Assembly: GCA_034723395.1 (NCBI GenBank)
Contig: JAYEOW010000004.1
Span: 1-64,000 of the forward strand
Reading direction: 5' to 3'
Length of the DNA stretch: 64,000 nucleotides
DNA from: Candidatus Margulisiibacteriota bacterium
Lineage (GTDB): Bacteria; Margulisbacteria; WOR-1; O2-12-FULL-45-9
The translations under genes were made by a program, and so were the position numbers. The notes beneath the pieces are model-generated. The model ran no database searches. It saw nothing but the letters and a program-made list of their open reading frames with translations, and was not told the DNA's origin. Below are positions 26,857-36,670 of this stretch, one piece after another (the stretch's first letter is position 1; the number at the start of each line of letters is the position of its first letter).

Positions 26857-28934
26857 TCAAAAGATTAATTATCATTATCACCTGTTCACTGATCGCCGCA
26901 CCGGTATTGGCGGTGGGCGGCGTTTCCCTCGACCCATCGATCAATCCTTCGACCGCCCGCCATCTCGGGATGGGCGGCATGGGGATCGGCTTCTCGGATG
27001 ACGCCGGAGGAATGTTCTATAATCCGGCCGGACTGGCAAAAATCGAATTCCCGCAACTAACCGCGACTTCACGAAAGCTGGTACTTGATGAAGTCAATTA
27101 TTCCTTGATCAGCTGTGCAATGCCAACCCCGTGGGGAACATTTGGGATCGGTTATGTCGGTCTCGGAACTGGTGGATCACTCTCTACTAAGCTTGATCCG
27201 GGGACTAACCGGATTATTATCGATCCAAGCCGCGAAGCGACCAGTTATGATAATACGGTTGCGATGGTCACCTATTCCAAGCAGGTAAAAATTCCCCAAT
27301 TACCAAATAAGATTTCGGTTGGCGGCAATCTCAAATTCTTTAATCAATCGCTTAGCGGAGATATCACCAGCCGGGCCACCGGAATGGGAATCGGCCTTGG
27401 AGCGCTTTACCGTACCAACGAATGGTTAACTGTAGGAGGGAGCCTGCAAAACCTGCTTGAAGGGAATATGCAGTGGTCTGGAGGAGAAAGCGATAAGGTC
27501 GGCGGTAATTATAAATTGGGCGCGCGTGTTAATATCCTCGGCTCAAAAGAGGCCTTGGTCAGACATGCCCATACACTCTACGGCGGAATAGATATGGACA
27601 TACCGCACAGCACAAACACATCCGCCAGCTATCATCTTGGGGTCGAGTATTACCCGATGAAAAAGGTCGCTTTAAGGACTGGACTTAACATGGAAGGGAA
27701 CGGCGCCGGGCTTAATTTTGGCGTCGGTCTTGAGAACGGCGGTTTCAGGTTCGATTATGCTTATGCTCCACGCCCGGGGATTCCGGGCGACCCACCCCAC
27801 TACTTCACGATCTCTTATGTGGGAGAAAGGGTGATCAGTTTCTTGGTTGATAAAAAGCCAAAACGGAGAGAATCACTGGTAAGTTTTTCTAAGCCTAAAG
27901 ATCGGACAATTACCGATAAAGACTCGATTGTCATTTCCGCAGAAGCTAAGGCGGTTAAATATCTGGATAAAACTACGATCTACAAAGTAACCGCAATTTC
28001 CGAAACAAAAGAAGTTACGGAGATTAAAGAAGTAGAAATCCTTAATCCTGTATATCTCAATGGCGTTAAACTTGCTCAGGTTGGAAGTATTTCAGCAACT
28101 TCCCCCCTCAGTACTGGAAGAAATCTATTCCAGATTACCGGATTTACTTCACCGGAGTCTTACCCGGAAGTAGGAACTCCTGAAATCTTTGCCGGTTCCG
28201 CAGAAGTTAAGGTCTTGCGCTTTATCCCGTTTAAAGATACCCCGATGGACTACTGGGCGATTCGTCCGGTCGCCCTTTCGGTCACACTAGGATTGATCAA
28301 AGGTTATCCAGGGAATACTTTTAAACCTGAAAAAGGGATCACCAGGGCAGAATTAGTTACTCTGTTAGTGAGAAGTATCGCAGAGATCGATCTTGATCTG
28401 CCAATCGAAGTCGTCCCATTCATCGATGTTAAGAAAGATCACTGGGCGGCAAAACATATTACCCACGGTTCGCGCGAACAACTGGTCACCGGATATCCGG
28501 ACGGCAGCTTTAAGCCGAAGAAGGTGTTGACCCGAGCAGAAGGGGTAACTATATTAGCCAGATATTCAGGTCTGATCGGTGAAAATATAACTAGACCTCC
28601 ATTCCCGGATCTTAAAGAAGATTACTGGGCAAATAAATATATCGCGCCGGCCAAAGCGGCGGGATTGCTTGAATATCTCAAAGGTAAAGATTTCGAACCA
28701 AATAAACCTTTCAGCCGGGCCGAAGCAGCCGAAGTGCTCTATCGCACGCCAAAGATCCAAAAGAGAGTTAATCAATACTGGGAAACTGGTTTGATCTCTG
28801 CCCAGGAAGTTAAAACTCGCGAAGCGCCTAAGCCTAAGGAAAAACCAGAAGAGATTAAAACAAAAACTACCACTGGTGAAGCACAACCAGCCGAAAAAAC
28901 AATCACTAAGCCGGCTACTTCTGAGGGGAAATAG
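26853..28934 (+). CDS. PorV/PorQ-like beta-barrel fused to C-terminal SLH domains
   Basis: ARHLGMGG and FYNPAGLA motifs, RFDYAY last strands; three SLH repeats (GYPGNTFKP..ITRAE, GYPDGSFKP..LTRAE, FSRAE). Confidence 0.82.
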   Translation: MIKRLIIIITCSLIAAPVLAVGGVSLDPSINPSTARHLGMGGMGIGFSDDAGGMFYNPAGLAKIEFPQLTATSRKLVLDEVNYSLISCAMPTPWGTFGIGYVGLGTGGSLSTKLDPGTNRIIIDPSREATSYDNTVAMVTYSKQVKIPQLPNKISVGGNLKFFNQSLSGDITSRATGMGIGLGALYRTNEWLTVGGSLQNLLEGNMQWSGGESDKVGGNYKLGARVNILGSKEALVRHAHTLYGGIDMDIPHSTNTSASYHLGVEYYPMKKVALRTGLNMEGNGAGLNFGVGLENGGFRFDYAYAPRPGIPGDPPHYFTISYVGERVISFLVDKKPKRRESLVSFSKPKDRTITDKDSIVISAEAKAVKYLDKTTIYKVTAISETKEVTEIKEVEILNPVYLNGVKLAQVGSISATSPLSTGRNLFQITGFTSPESYPEVGTPEIFAGSAEVKVLRFIPFKDTPMDYWAIRPVALSVTLGLIKGYPGNTFKPEKGITRAELVTLLVRSIAEIDLDLPIEVVPFIDVKKDHWAAKHITHGSREQLVTGYPDGSFKPKKVLTRAEGVTILARYSGLIGENITRPPFPDLKEDYWANKYIAPAKAAGLLEYLKGKDFEPNKPFSRAEAAEVLYRTPKIQKRVNQYWETGLISAQEVKTREAPKPKEKPEEIKTKTTTGEAQPAEKTITKPATSEGK

Positions 28935-29444
28935 TTACCCTCTATCTCTTAAAAATCCTATCTTTTTTGTTTTTGAAGGTGGAGCAAGAATATTCCGCAA
29001 AGCATCAAAAACTATTTTAAATTGTGTGTCGCACTTCTTTTCTAGTGCTGTTATTTTAGAAAGTATATCCCTATGCGATGATATTAATTCTCGTAAACGC
29101 ACAAAGGTTTTCACAATAAGGATGTTTAACTGAATAGCTCTTTTACCTTTCAACACACTGGAAAGCATTGCAACTCCTTGTTCAGTAAAGGCATAGGGTA
29201 AATAAGGAGAATGTTTAATTCGAGATAACCTATCACAATTTGTGATAAGTTCTTTTTTCTCCCTTTTTGTTAATTTAAACATGAACTCCTCTGGGAAGCG
29301 TTCACGATTACGCCTTACAGCCTGATTCAAAGCCATTGTTTTAACTTGATAAAGCTCTGCCAAATCCCGATCAATCATCACCTTTAGCCCCCGAATAAAA
29401 AATATCCTATTCTCTATAACCTCAACAGGAATTATTTTCCTCAT
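28935..29444 (-). CDS. ORF6N-domain DNA-binding protein
   Basis: RGLKVMIDRDLAELY, NQAVRRNRERFP, PYAFTEQGVAMLSSVL, IGF tail. Confidence 0.9.
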   Translation of the reverse strand: MRKIIPVEVIENRIFFIRGLKVMIDRDLAELYQVKTMALNQAVRRNRERFPEEFMFKLTKREKKELITNCDRLSRIKHSPYLPYAFTEQGVAMLSSVLKGKRAIQLNILIVKTFVRLRELISSHRDILSKITALEKKCDTQFKIVFDALRNILAPPSKTKKIGFLRDRG

Positions 29445-29457
29445 TCCTCACCTCCCA

Positions 29458-31773
29458 TCACTTTGAAACAATCACCCTTATCCTCTCCCCATCCGTCTTT
29501 ATCACCACCGCCCCATGTTTATCCGTACGGTAAATATTAATCCCTCTCCCCCGCAACTTCTGCAATGTACTCTTATGCGGATGTCGGAATTTATTTCTCC
29601 TGCCGCAGGAGATGACGGCTATTTGAGGATTAACTGCGTCTAGAAAATAATCAGAAGTCGATGTTCGGCTCCCATGATGCCCCACCTTGAGGATATCCGA
29701 GTCCAAGAGATCTGGAAAAAACCGCGCTAGAATCTGTTCTTCCCCCTCTTTCTCATTATCCCCGGTAAACATCATTGTAAAATCCTTATATCTTAATCTA
29801 AAAACAATCGATACATCATTTATATTTTCCAAAAAAGGGGACATCGGATGCAATATTTTTGCCCTAACCTCTTTTCCAAAGCTAATCATCTGTCCTGCTC
29901 GAGCGGTTAAATGTTTTATTTTATTTCTCCTGATTAATTCCTTAAATAGTCGATAAGAGCGGGTGTTATACGGCGCTCCCGGGTCCAGAACCGTACCTAC
30001 TTTTATTTTTTGAAGGAGCGGACGCAACCCCCCCACATGATCTTCGTGGGGATGGGTCAGAATTACCATGTCAAGTTTATTAATTCCTCTCTTTTGCAAA
30101 TATGCGATCACGATCCTCTCTCCCATCTTCTCTTCTCCCCCATCCACCAATATCTTTTTGCCCGACGGGGCTTCGATCAATATGGAATCCCCTTGCCCTA
30201 CATCTAAAACTGTAATCGTAAGCCCTTTTATTGGGGAAGAAAGCGCGGTATTCCAGAGTAAAACACAAACGACTACCAGCGCGAGAGTAATCAGCCTGAA
30301 CCGGTTAAGTTTTGGTATTTTCCCCCGGCGAACGACCTCAGCCCCCAGGACAAGCGCGGTGTAATATCCGATGACCAATGGGAATTTTGGCGGAGCCAGA
30401 TAGAGCATGGCAAACGGAAAGGAGGCCAGGCTAGAAACGATCTGGTGCGCTATCCAGAGCAATATCAGATTAGCGCCATTAATCAGTTCCCCCAAAGGGA
30501 GAAAGATTGAACCCAGAACAGTTGAAACAAAACCGAGGATAACAACAAACCCGATCCAGGGAAGAAGCAAGATGTTGGTTAGCACCCCAACGATCGAAGT
30601 CTGGCTGAAGTGAAAAAGGGTAATGGGAACGGTCGCCAGTACCGGAGCGATCGCCACCGAAACCAGGCTCGATAATGCCTTGGGCATCTTATCATTTATT
30701 CTTTCGTTCATGACCGGCGCAACATAAACCAGAGCCCAGGTCGCGGCAAATGAGAGCTGGAAACCGACTTCAAAAAGCACTTTCGGATTAAAAAGTAAAA
30801 TTAGAAAAGCGGCAATCGCCATCGAAGTATAAACCTCCTTTTCTTTTTCGAAAAGAAGGCCGACTAACATAATCTCGGCCATAATTGCGGCGCGTAAAAT
30901 CGATGGGCCCGCTCCGGTCATCAAGGCATAAAAGATATTCACGGCACTGGTAATTAATATTCCCAACCAAAGTGGAAGTCTTAACGAACGGACCAGAAAA
31001 AGGCAGACCCCGACCAATATCCCCAAATGCATCCCGGAAGCGACTAAAAGATGGGCAACCCCGGCCCTTTTATAGGTATCTTTGATCTCTCTAGGCGCTT
31101 TGGCCGCTTTGGTCCCAAAAACAATGCTGGATAGTAAGGTGGAATAAGGTTCGGGGAGGGTTTTTTGAGGAATAAGCATTAAACGATTTTTCAGATTAAT
31201 ACTTAGTTTCTTAAAAAAGTCTCCACCATGCCCGATAACTTTTGGAGGAGCTCTGGGAGAACGAACTCTGCAGCGTATCCCCCTATTCTTCAAATATTGC
31301 GCATAGGATAATATCCCTGGATTTGTAAGGTCGTCGATCCCCTCAAGTTTCCCTTTAAGATCAATTTTATCGCCATATTCCAGTCGTGATCTTTTACTGA
31401 CCACCGAAAGAAGGCCGGAAACGTTTTTATCGTTTACTTTTTCAACATCTAACGTGAAGAATGCTTTATCTTCCTTAAACCTCGGCTCATCAGCAATCCG
31501 GCCGATAATAGTCGAATACTTGCTATTAGGAAAGTTGGAAATATCGTCTTTTGGAGGAGGCAGGTTGCGAATCTGAATGTTGAGTAATCCTATTAAGAAA
31601 AATAAGATAATAAAAAAGTAATGGGTATTAATATTTTTAATAATTCCATATAAAAGGAATCCGATTGAAAATAATATTAATAATAATACAAACCATAATG
31701 GAAATGCTACTGTTTTACCAATAATAATTCCCAAAATATAAAAAATAACTATAAGTATTAATGGATTGTTCAT
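29458..31773 (-). CDS. comEC: DNA uptake channel ComEC/Rec2
   Basis: HLLVASGMH competence domain; DVGQGD, THPHEDH, HHGS metallo-beta-lactamase domain. Confidence 0.96.
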   Translation of the reverse strand: MNNPLILIVIFYILGIIIGKTVAFPLWFVLLLILFSIGFLLYGIIKNINTHYFFIILFFLIGLLNIQIRNLPPPKDDISNFPNSKYSTIIGRIADEPRFKEDKAFFTLDVEKVNDKNVSGLLSVVSKRSRLEYGDKIDLKGKLEGIDDLTNPGILSYAQYLKNRGIRCRVRSPRAPPKVIGHGGDFFKKLSINLKNRLMLIPQKTLPEPYSTLLSSIVFGTKAAKAPREIKDTYKRAGVAHLLVASGMHLGILVGVCLFLVRSLRLPLWLGILITSAVNIFYALMTGAGPSILRAAIMAEIMLVGLLFEKEKEVYTSMAIAAFLILLFNPKVLFEVGFQLSFAATWALVYVAPVMNERINDKMPKALSSLVSVAIAPVLATVPITLFHFSQTSIVGVLTNILLLPWIGFVVILGFVSTVLGSIFLPLGELINGANLILLWIAHQIVSSLASFPFAMLYLAPPKFPLVIGYYTALVLGAEVVRRGKIPKLNRFRLITLALVVVCVLLWNTALSSPIKGLTITVLDVGQGDSILIEAPSGKKILVDGGEEKMGERIVIAYLQKRGINKLDMVILTHPHEDHVGGLRPLLQKIKVGTVLDPGAPYNTRSYRLFKELIRRNKIKHLTARAGQMISFGKEVRAKILHPMSPFLENINDVSIVFRLRYKDFTMMFTGDNEKEGEEQILARFFPDLLDSDILKVGHHGSRTSTSDYFLDAVNPQIAVISCGRRNKFRHPHKSTLQKLRGRGINIYRTDKHGAVVIKTDGERIRVIVSK

Positions 31774-32009
31774 TTAAAACACATAACAATTGGCATATAT
31801 ATTTGTCTTTTTGTTATTAATCCTGCTTTATTAAGTTCGTGGCAAAAACATACCTCATAAACACTTTCTAACAAACCTGGCCCAAGATTTTTGTGCACCT
31901 TATATGCCGCATTAACAATCTCTTTTGCAATTAATTCTTCCCTTAAGGATATTGGCTCAAAATTCTTTGTGTCCCTTTGTGCCTTAGTGTCTTGGTGGTA
32001 ATTTTTCAT
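31770..32009 (-). pseudogene. Truncated GxxExxY protein (79 aa)
   Basis: VHKNLGPGLLESVYE motif present, but the C-terminal nuclease half (D...ELK) is missing. Confidence 0.75.
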
Positions 32010-32593
32010 ATAATAATCTCATCCTTAATCTTTCCAAATTTACCCTTCCCGATCCTTTTAACCTTCATAATATCCTCGATCTTAGAGAACGGCCCGTTTT
32101 TAGACCGGTATTCAATAATCCTTTTTGCAGTAGAGGGCCCGATCCCGCCAATTTTACACAATTCTTTCTCTCCAGCCGCATTGATACTAACTTTACCTGA
32201 AAAAGTCCCCGATCCCCCAATCCCCAGATCTCCCGGTCCTCTTACGATAACTTTCTGTTTAGCAGGGACTATAATCTTCTGCCCATCTTTTACTTTTTCG
32301 GCCAGATTGATCGAAGATAAATTGGAATTAGCAGAGACCCCGCCGGCAAGATTTAACGCGTCAACCACCCGATCACCAGCATTAAGCCTATATACCCCTT
32401 CCCTTTGCACGGCACCTGAGATATGAATAATGATCCGAGGTTTTTCGATCGTTTGCTGCGGATCTTCGATCACAAGTTCCTCGCTTTTATCCGGAATAAA
32501 ATGCCGGCAGCCCATAACTACGAGGCCGGAAATAATAATTAGAACTAACCCTAGAATAATAAGTTGTTGCTCTTTAGTAAGATTATTTGGCAC
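32006..32593 (-). CDS. comEA: Competence DNA receptor ComEA
   Basis: N-terminal TM helix, SLBB domain (ISGAV...INLA), HhH pair (IGGIGP, VKRIG). Confidence 0.93.
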   Translation of the reverse strand: MPNNLTKEQQLIILGLVLIIISGLVVMGCRHFIPDKSEELVIEDPQQTIEKPRIIIHISGAVQREGVYRLNAGDRVVDALNLAGGVSANSNLSSINLAEKVKDGQKIIVPAKQKVIVRGPGDLGIGGSGTFSGKVSINAAGEKELCKIGGIGPSTAKRIIEYRSKNGPFSKIEDIMKVKRIGKGKFGKIKDEIII

Positions 32594-32604
32594 AAAATGA
32601 GAGA

Positions 32605-32621
32605 AGCAATCTTATTACCAA
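32605..32621 (-). promoter_or_regulatory. Putative sigma54 promoter TTGGTAATAAGATTGCT
   Basis: GG-N10-GC spacing with TTGC; the GC lies 12 nt before the comEA GTG. Confidence 0.55.
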
Positions 32622-32674
32622 CTATTTTTCGCTAATCAAAGGGGGAAAAAGACACAAACTCGACATTGAATGTC

Positions 32675-33298
32675 TTAAATCTTGTGGTAATACTTGAAGA
32701 TATCGTTTATATACGCCTGTGATTGTCCACTATATCCATTCTTGCGGGCCACTCCGTTCGGCCCTTCCAGATAACCGGCCAAAGCAAAAGAGACCTGTTT
32801 CGCCCTTTTTTTAAATCTGCCTAAAAGATAACTCACATAACGAATGGTCCCTTTGGCATTCTGATCAATATTAAATGGATTAGTTATCCCCAGGCTCTTA
32901 GCCGTAGAAGGCATAAGCTGGCCCAAGCCCCTCGCCCCCGCGCTCGAGACCGCTCTCGGATTAAAGCGTGATTCCCGGGCAATCAAGGCCGCCACCAGTT
33001 TAGGATTAACATTGTATTTTTGCGAGTGGACCATAATGCTGTTGGTGATTTCTTCGGCTTGGCGCGGTCTTCGGTATTTTAAGATAAATTTATGGATCGC
33101 GGTACGGGCAGTTGCTGATTGAACTCCACTATAATATGGATTAATCGGTCCCGAAGTCGGAATTGGGGCTCGATCAGCTTGCCGGACAATGTTAGGATTT
33201 GGTCTGATGTTTTTTGGAGAAGGAGAGGTTACCCCGCCGAAACTTGAGAAGATAGTCATCACAAATAAAGCTATAATAACAGCCGTACTTGCCTCCAC
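32675..33298 (-). CDS. Lytic transglycosylase (SLT domain)
   Basis: ARESRFNPRAVSSAGARGLGQLMP motif. Confidence 0.9.
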   Translation of the reverse strand: MEASTAVIIALFVMTIFSSFGGVTSPSPKNIRPNPNIVRQADRAPIPTSGPINPYYSGVQSATARTAIHKFILKYRRPRQAEEITNSIMVHSQKYNVNPKLVAALIARESRFNPRAVSSAGARGLGQLMPSTAKSLGITNPFNIDQNAKGTIRYVSYLLGRFKKRAKQVSFALAGYLEGPNGVARKNGYSGQSQAYINDIFKYYHKI

Positions 33299-33301
33299 AA
33301 T

Positions 33302-35416
33302 TTACCCCTCTTTAAGTTTTTCTTTATCTTCGGGAGTAACAGCGCGGATGGAGAAGTTGTTCCTCCCCTTATCATCAACCTCGGTAAGCTTTACGATCAC
33401 TTCATCGTCCAGCTTTAGAACATCTTCAACCTTATTAATCCTTCGCGGAGCGATCTCTGAAATATGGACCAGCCCTTCTTTTCCCGGGGCGATCTGCACA
33501 AATGCACCAAAAGCCATGATCTTTACTACCCTGGCTTTAAAAATTGAGCCGACTTTCGGCTCAAAAGTAAGATCCTCGATCATTTTTAGAGCGCGCTTCC
33601 CGCCTTCTGGATCGGTGGCGGTAATAAGTACGGTGCCGTCATCTTCAATATCTATCTTGGCATCGGTCTCTTCGGTAATCTTACGGATCATCTTACCGCC
33701 AGGGCCGATCACCGCGCCAATCTTCTCCGGATTAATCTTAATTGATTGGACTGAAGGCGCATATTGTGAAAGTTCTTCTCGAGGGGCGCCAATTGCTGCC
33801 AACATCTTTTCGAGAATGCTCATACGCGCCACTTGAGCTTGTTTGAGCGCCTTCTCGATTATCTCAATTGAAAGCCCTTTAACTTTACAATCAACCTGAA
33901 TCCCGGTGATCCCTTTTTTGGTCCCGGAAACCTTAAAATCCATGTCGCCAAAAAAATCTTCGATCCCCTGGATATCGGTAAACATAACCTCTTTATTCCC
34001 TTCACTAACCAGACCAACTGAAATACCGGCAACAGGATTAGAGATCTTAACTCCACAATCCATCAAGGCTAAGGTACTTCCGCAAGTTGAAGCCATTGAG
34101 GTCGATCCGTTGGAACTAAGGACCTCGGATACCAAACGAATGGTGTACGGGAATTTTTCTTCGTTTGGAACGACCGGAAGTAAACTTTTTTCGGCCAACG
34201 CTCCGTGACCAATTTCGCGTCTTCCCGGACCGCGCAGCGGTCTGACCTCTCCCACCGAAAAGGCAGGGAAGTTATAATGGTGCATGTATCGTTTGCTATT
34301 CTCGGGTGAAAGCCCTTCTAATCTCTGCTCCTCACCCAGCGCTCCAAGCGTCGCTACGGTTAAGACTTGAGTATCTCCGCGGGAAAAGAGGGCTGAACCA
34401 TGTGCCCTGGGAAGTACGCCGACTTCACATTTGATCTCGCGAACCTCATCTAATTTACGTCCATCCGGGCGCTTATTCTTTTCTAAAATCGCCTTGCGGA
34501 CCGCCTTTTTCTGGAGGTCATTGATAACATTTTTCACGTCAGCGGGTGATTCAGACGCCAGTTTTTTTAATTCCTCATCCATCCCCGACTCTAACTCTTC
34601 TTTGATCTTATCGATCTCCTCCATCTGTTTAGCCTTTTCTTCGATCCCCATTGCCGCTTCGATCCTACTCCCGGACTTATCTTTTACATACTTTGATATC
34701 TTTTCGTTCGGCTCATAGAGTTTAAACTCCGCCTTCTTCTCCCCGGTCTTCTTGAGGAGCTCTTTTTGGAGTTTAATGACCTCTTTGATCTTTTTTTGCC
34801 CAAGCTTGATCGCCTCTAAAACGTCAGTTTCGGCAACTTCGTCTGATCCGCACTCGATCATGGAAATCTTATCTTCGATCCCGGCAATTACTACGTCGAG
34901 GTCCGAATTCATCACCTGGTCGTAAGTTGGATCGACAATGAATTCACCATCAACCCTCCCGATCCGAGCGGCACCGATCGGCCCATCAAACGGGGCATCC
35001 GATATAGTTAACGCGGCCGAAGCAGCATTAATTGCTAAAATATCAGGAGGATTGTCCTGGTCTACCGAAAGTGGAGTGATTACCAACTGGACATCGTTGC
35101 GAAAACCTTTGGGAAAGAGAGGTCTAATTGGACGATCGATTCTCCGGGCAGTCAGGATCGCTGTCTCGGTCGGTCTCCCCTCACGCTTAAAGAAACCGCC
35201 AGGGATCCGGCCGATCGCGTAGAGTTTTTCTTCAAAATCAACTAAAAGCGGGAAAAAATCGATCCCGGGGCGCCGGTTTTTTGAGGTGGTTGCAGTCGCC
35301 ATGACCATCGTGTCGCCGAGCCTGATAACAATTGACCCGCCCGCCTGATTGGCCATCCGCCCAGTCTCTAAAGAGAGAACCTTCCCTCCCAAATCCAATT
35401 CTACTTTTTTGATCAT
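33302..35416 (-). CDS. pnp: Polyribonucleotide nucleotidyltransferase
   Basis: Two RNase PH domains, RREIGHG, DMDFK, KH and S1 domains. Confidence 0.98.
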   Translation of the reverse strand: MIKKVELDLGGKVLSLETGRMANQAGGSIVIRLGDTMVMATATTSKNRRPGIDFFPLLVDFEEKLYAIGRIPGGFFKREGRPTETAILTARRIDRPIRPLFPKGFRNDVQLVITPLSVDQDNPPDILAINAASAALTISDAPFDGPIGAARIGRVDGEFIVDPTYDQVMNSDLDVVIAGIEDKISMIECGSDEVAETDVLEAIKLGQKKIKEVIKLQKELLKKTGEKKAEFKLYEPNEKISKYVKDKSGSRIEAAMGIEEKAKQMEEIDKIKEELESGMDEELKKLASESPADVKNVINDLQKKAVRKAILEKNKRPDGRKLDEVREIKCEVGVLPRAHGSALFSRGDTQVLTVATLGALGEEQRLEGLSPENSKRYMHHYNFPAFSVGEVRPLRGPGRREIGHGALAEKSLLPVVPNEEKFPYTIRLVSEVLSSNGSTSMASTCGSTLALMDCGVKISNPVAGISVGLVSEGNKEVMFTDIQGIEDFFGDMDFKVSGTKKGITGIQVDCKVKGLSIEIIEKALKQAQVARMSILEKMLAAIGAPREELSQYAPSVQSIKINPEKIGAVIGPGGKMIRKITEETDAKIDIEDDGTVLITATDPEGGKRALKMIEDLTFEPKVGSIFKARVVKIMAFGAFVQIAPGKEGLVHISEIAPRRINKVEDVLKLDDEVIVKLTEVDDKGRNNFSIRAVTPEDKEKLKEG

Positions 35417-35679
35417 TTAAGTCCCAGACTAGCCTTCAAAGTACTGAATCGCGCACTGTCTTTTCTTTCGAGGTAGTTAAGAAGACTTTTCCTTTGGCCA
35501 ACGAGGATCAAGAGGCCGCGCCGGCTGTGGTTATCTTTTTTATTCTTCTTAAGGTGACCAACAATCTGGTTTATTCTCTCAGTAAGGAGCGCTACTTGTA
35601 CCTCCGGGGAACCAGTATCCTTCGAACCTTTCGCGAATTTCTGAATTATTCCGCTTTTTTTATCTTTCTTAATAGGCAT
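35413..35679 (-). CDS. rpsO: 30S ribosomal protein S15
   Basis: DTGSPEVQVALLT, KDNHSRRGL; rpsO-pnp order. Confidence 0.98.
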   Translation of the reverse strand: MPIKKDKKSGIIQKFAKGSKDTGSPEVQVALLTERINQIVGHLKKNKKDNHSRRGLLILVGQRKSLLNYLERKDSARFSTLKASLGLK

Positions 35680-35779
35680 TAGTGTTCATAGTATATCATA
35701 TAGTAGGGAAAGTTACAACAGAGCTAATAAATATGGGTGGAGGTTAAAAGTAGTATAACCAGTTTAACAAATTTACTCA

Positions 35780-36670
35780 TCAGGTACGTTTAATGTCCCT
35801 ACTAATCTGTCTCTTCAGCTTCTCCACATCCGAAAACTGCAGCTCATCGCGCAGCCGTTTGGTCAACAGGACATTTAAATGCTTCCCACGGATATTTTTT
35901 CTAAAATTCAAAATGTGGACCTCAACGGCAAGATTGCCCTCCCCAAATGTTGGCCGGGATCCTATATGGATCGCACATTTTTTCCCTAAAGCATATCCGG
36001 CGTATACTCCCGGAAACGGAATTAACTTATGGGGATCAAGCTGCAGGTTCGCGGTCTGAAAACCGAGCGATTCCCCCCTCCCATACCCCTTTACAACCTT
36101 CCCTGAAAGCTGATAACCGTGGCCAAGCAAGGTTACCGCCTTGGCAAACTTTCCCGAAACAACCAGCTCACGAATAATCCTCGATTTTATAATATGTTTT
36201 CCGGACGAAACCGGCGAAACTACGCTGACTTTAAATCCGTATTTTTTACCATACTCTTTAAGTAGTGCGGTATTCCCCTTCCTCCCCTTGCCGAAGGCGT
36301 AATCGAAACCGACAAATACGCGGCGGACACCTAATTTATCAACTAAATATTCCTTCACGAATGCTTCGGTTGAAAGTTGCTGAGTTCGCTTTTGAAATTT
36401 AACAACTACTACTCCATCAACTCCCAGATCAGCAAACAGCTCTTCTCTCTCTCTTAGCGTAGTAAGGAGTTTCAATCCCCGCTTAGGGATAATTAACTGC
36501 TGCGGATGAGGATCAAAGGTAATAGCAAGTGAGGCGACCCCGAGCTTATCTGCATATTTAACCGCGTTTTTGACAACCTTCCGGTGGCCGCGATGAACGC
36601 CATCGAAAGTGCCTAAAGCAACTACCGAACCTTTAAGATTTTTTCTCTTAGGATGGCGGATTATTCTCAT
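35780..36670 (-). CDS. ribF: Bifunctional riboflavin kinase/FAD synthetase
   Basis: GTFDGVHRGH, TFDPHP, TANL, RPTF, EVH motifs. Confidence 0.96.
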   Translation of the reverse strand: MRIIRHPKRKNLKGSVVALGTFDGVHRGHRKVVKNAVKYADKLGVASLAITFDPHPQQLIIPKRGLKLLTTLREREELFADLGVDGVVVVKFQKRTQQLSTEAFVKEYLVDKLGVRRVFVGFDYAFGKGRKGNTALLKEYGKKYGFKVSVVSPVSSGKHIIKSRIIRELVVSGKFAKAVTLLGHGYQLSGKVVKGYGRGESLGFQTANLQLDPHKLIPFPGVYAGYALGKKCAIHIGSRPTFGEGNLAVEVHILNFRKNIRGKHLNVLLTKRLRDELQFSDVEKLKRQISRDIKRT

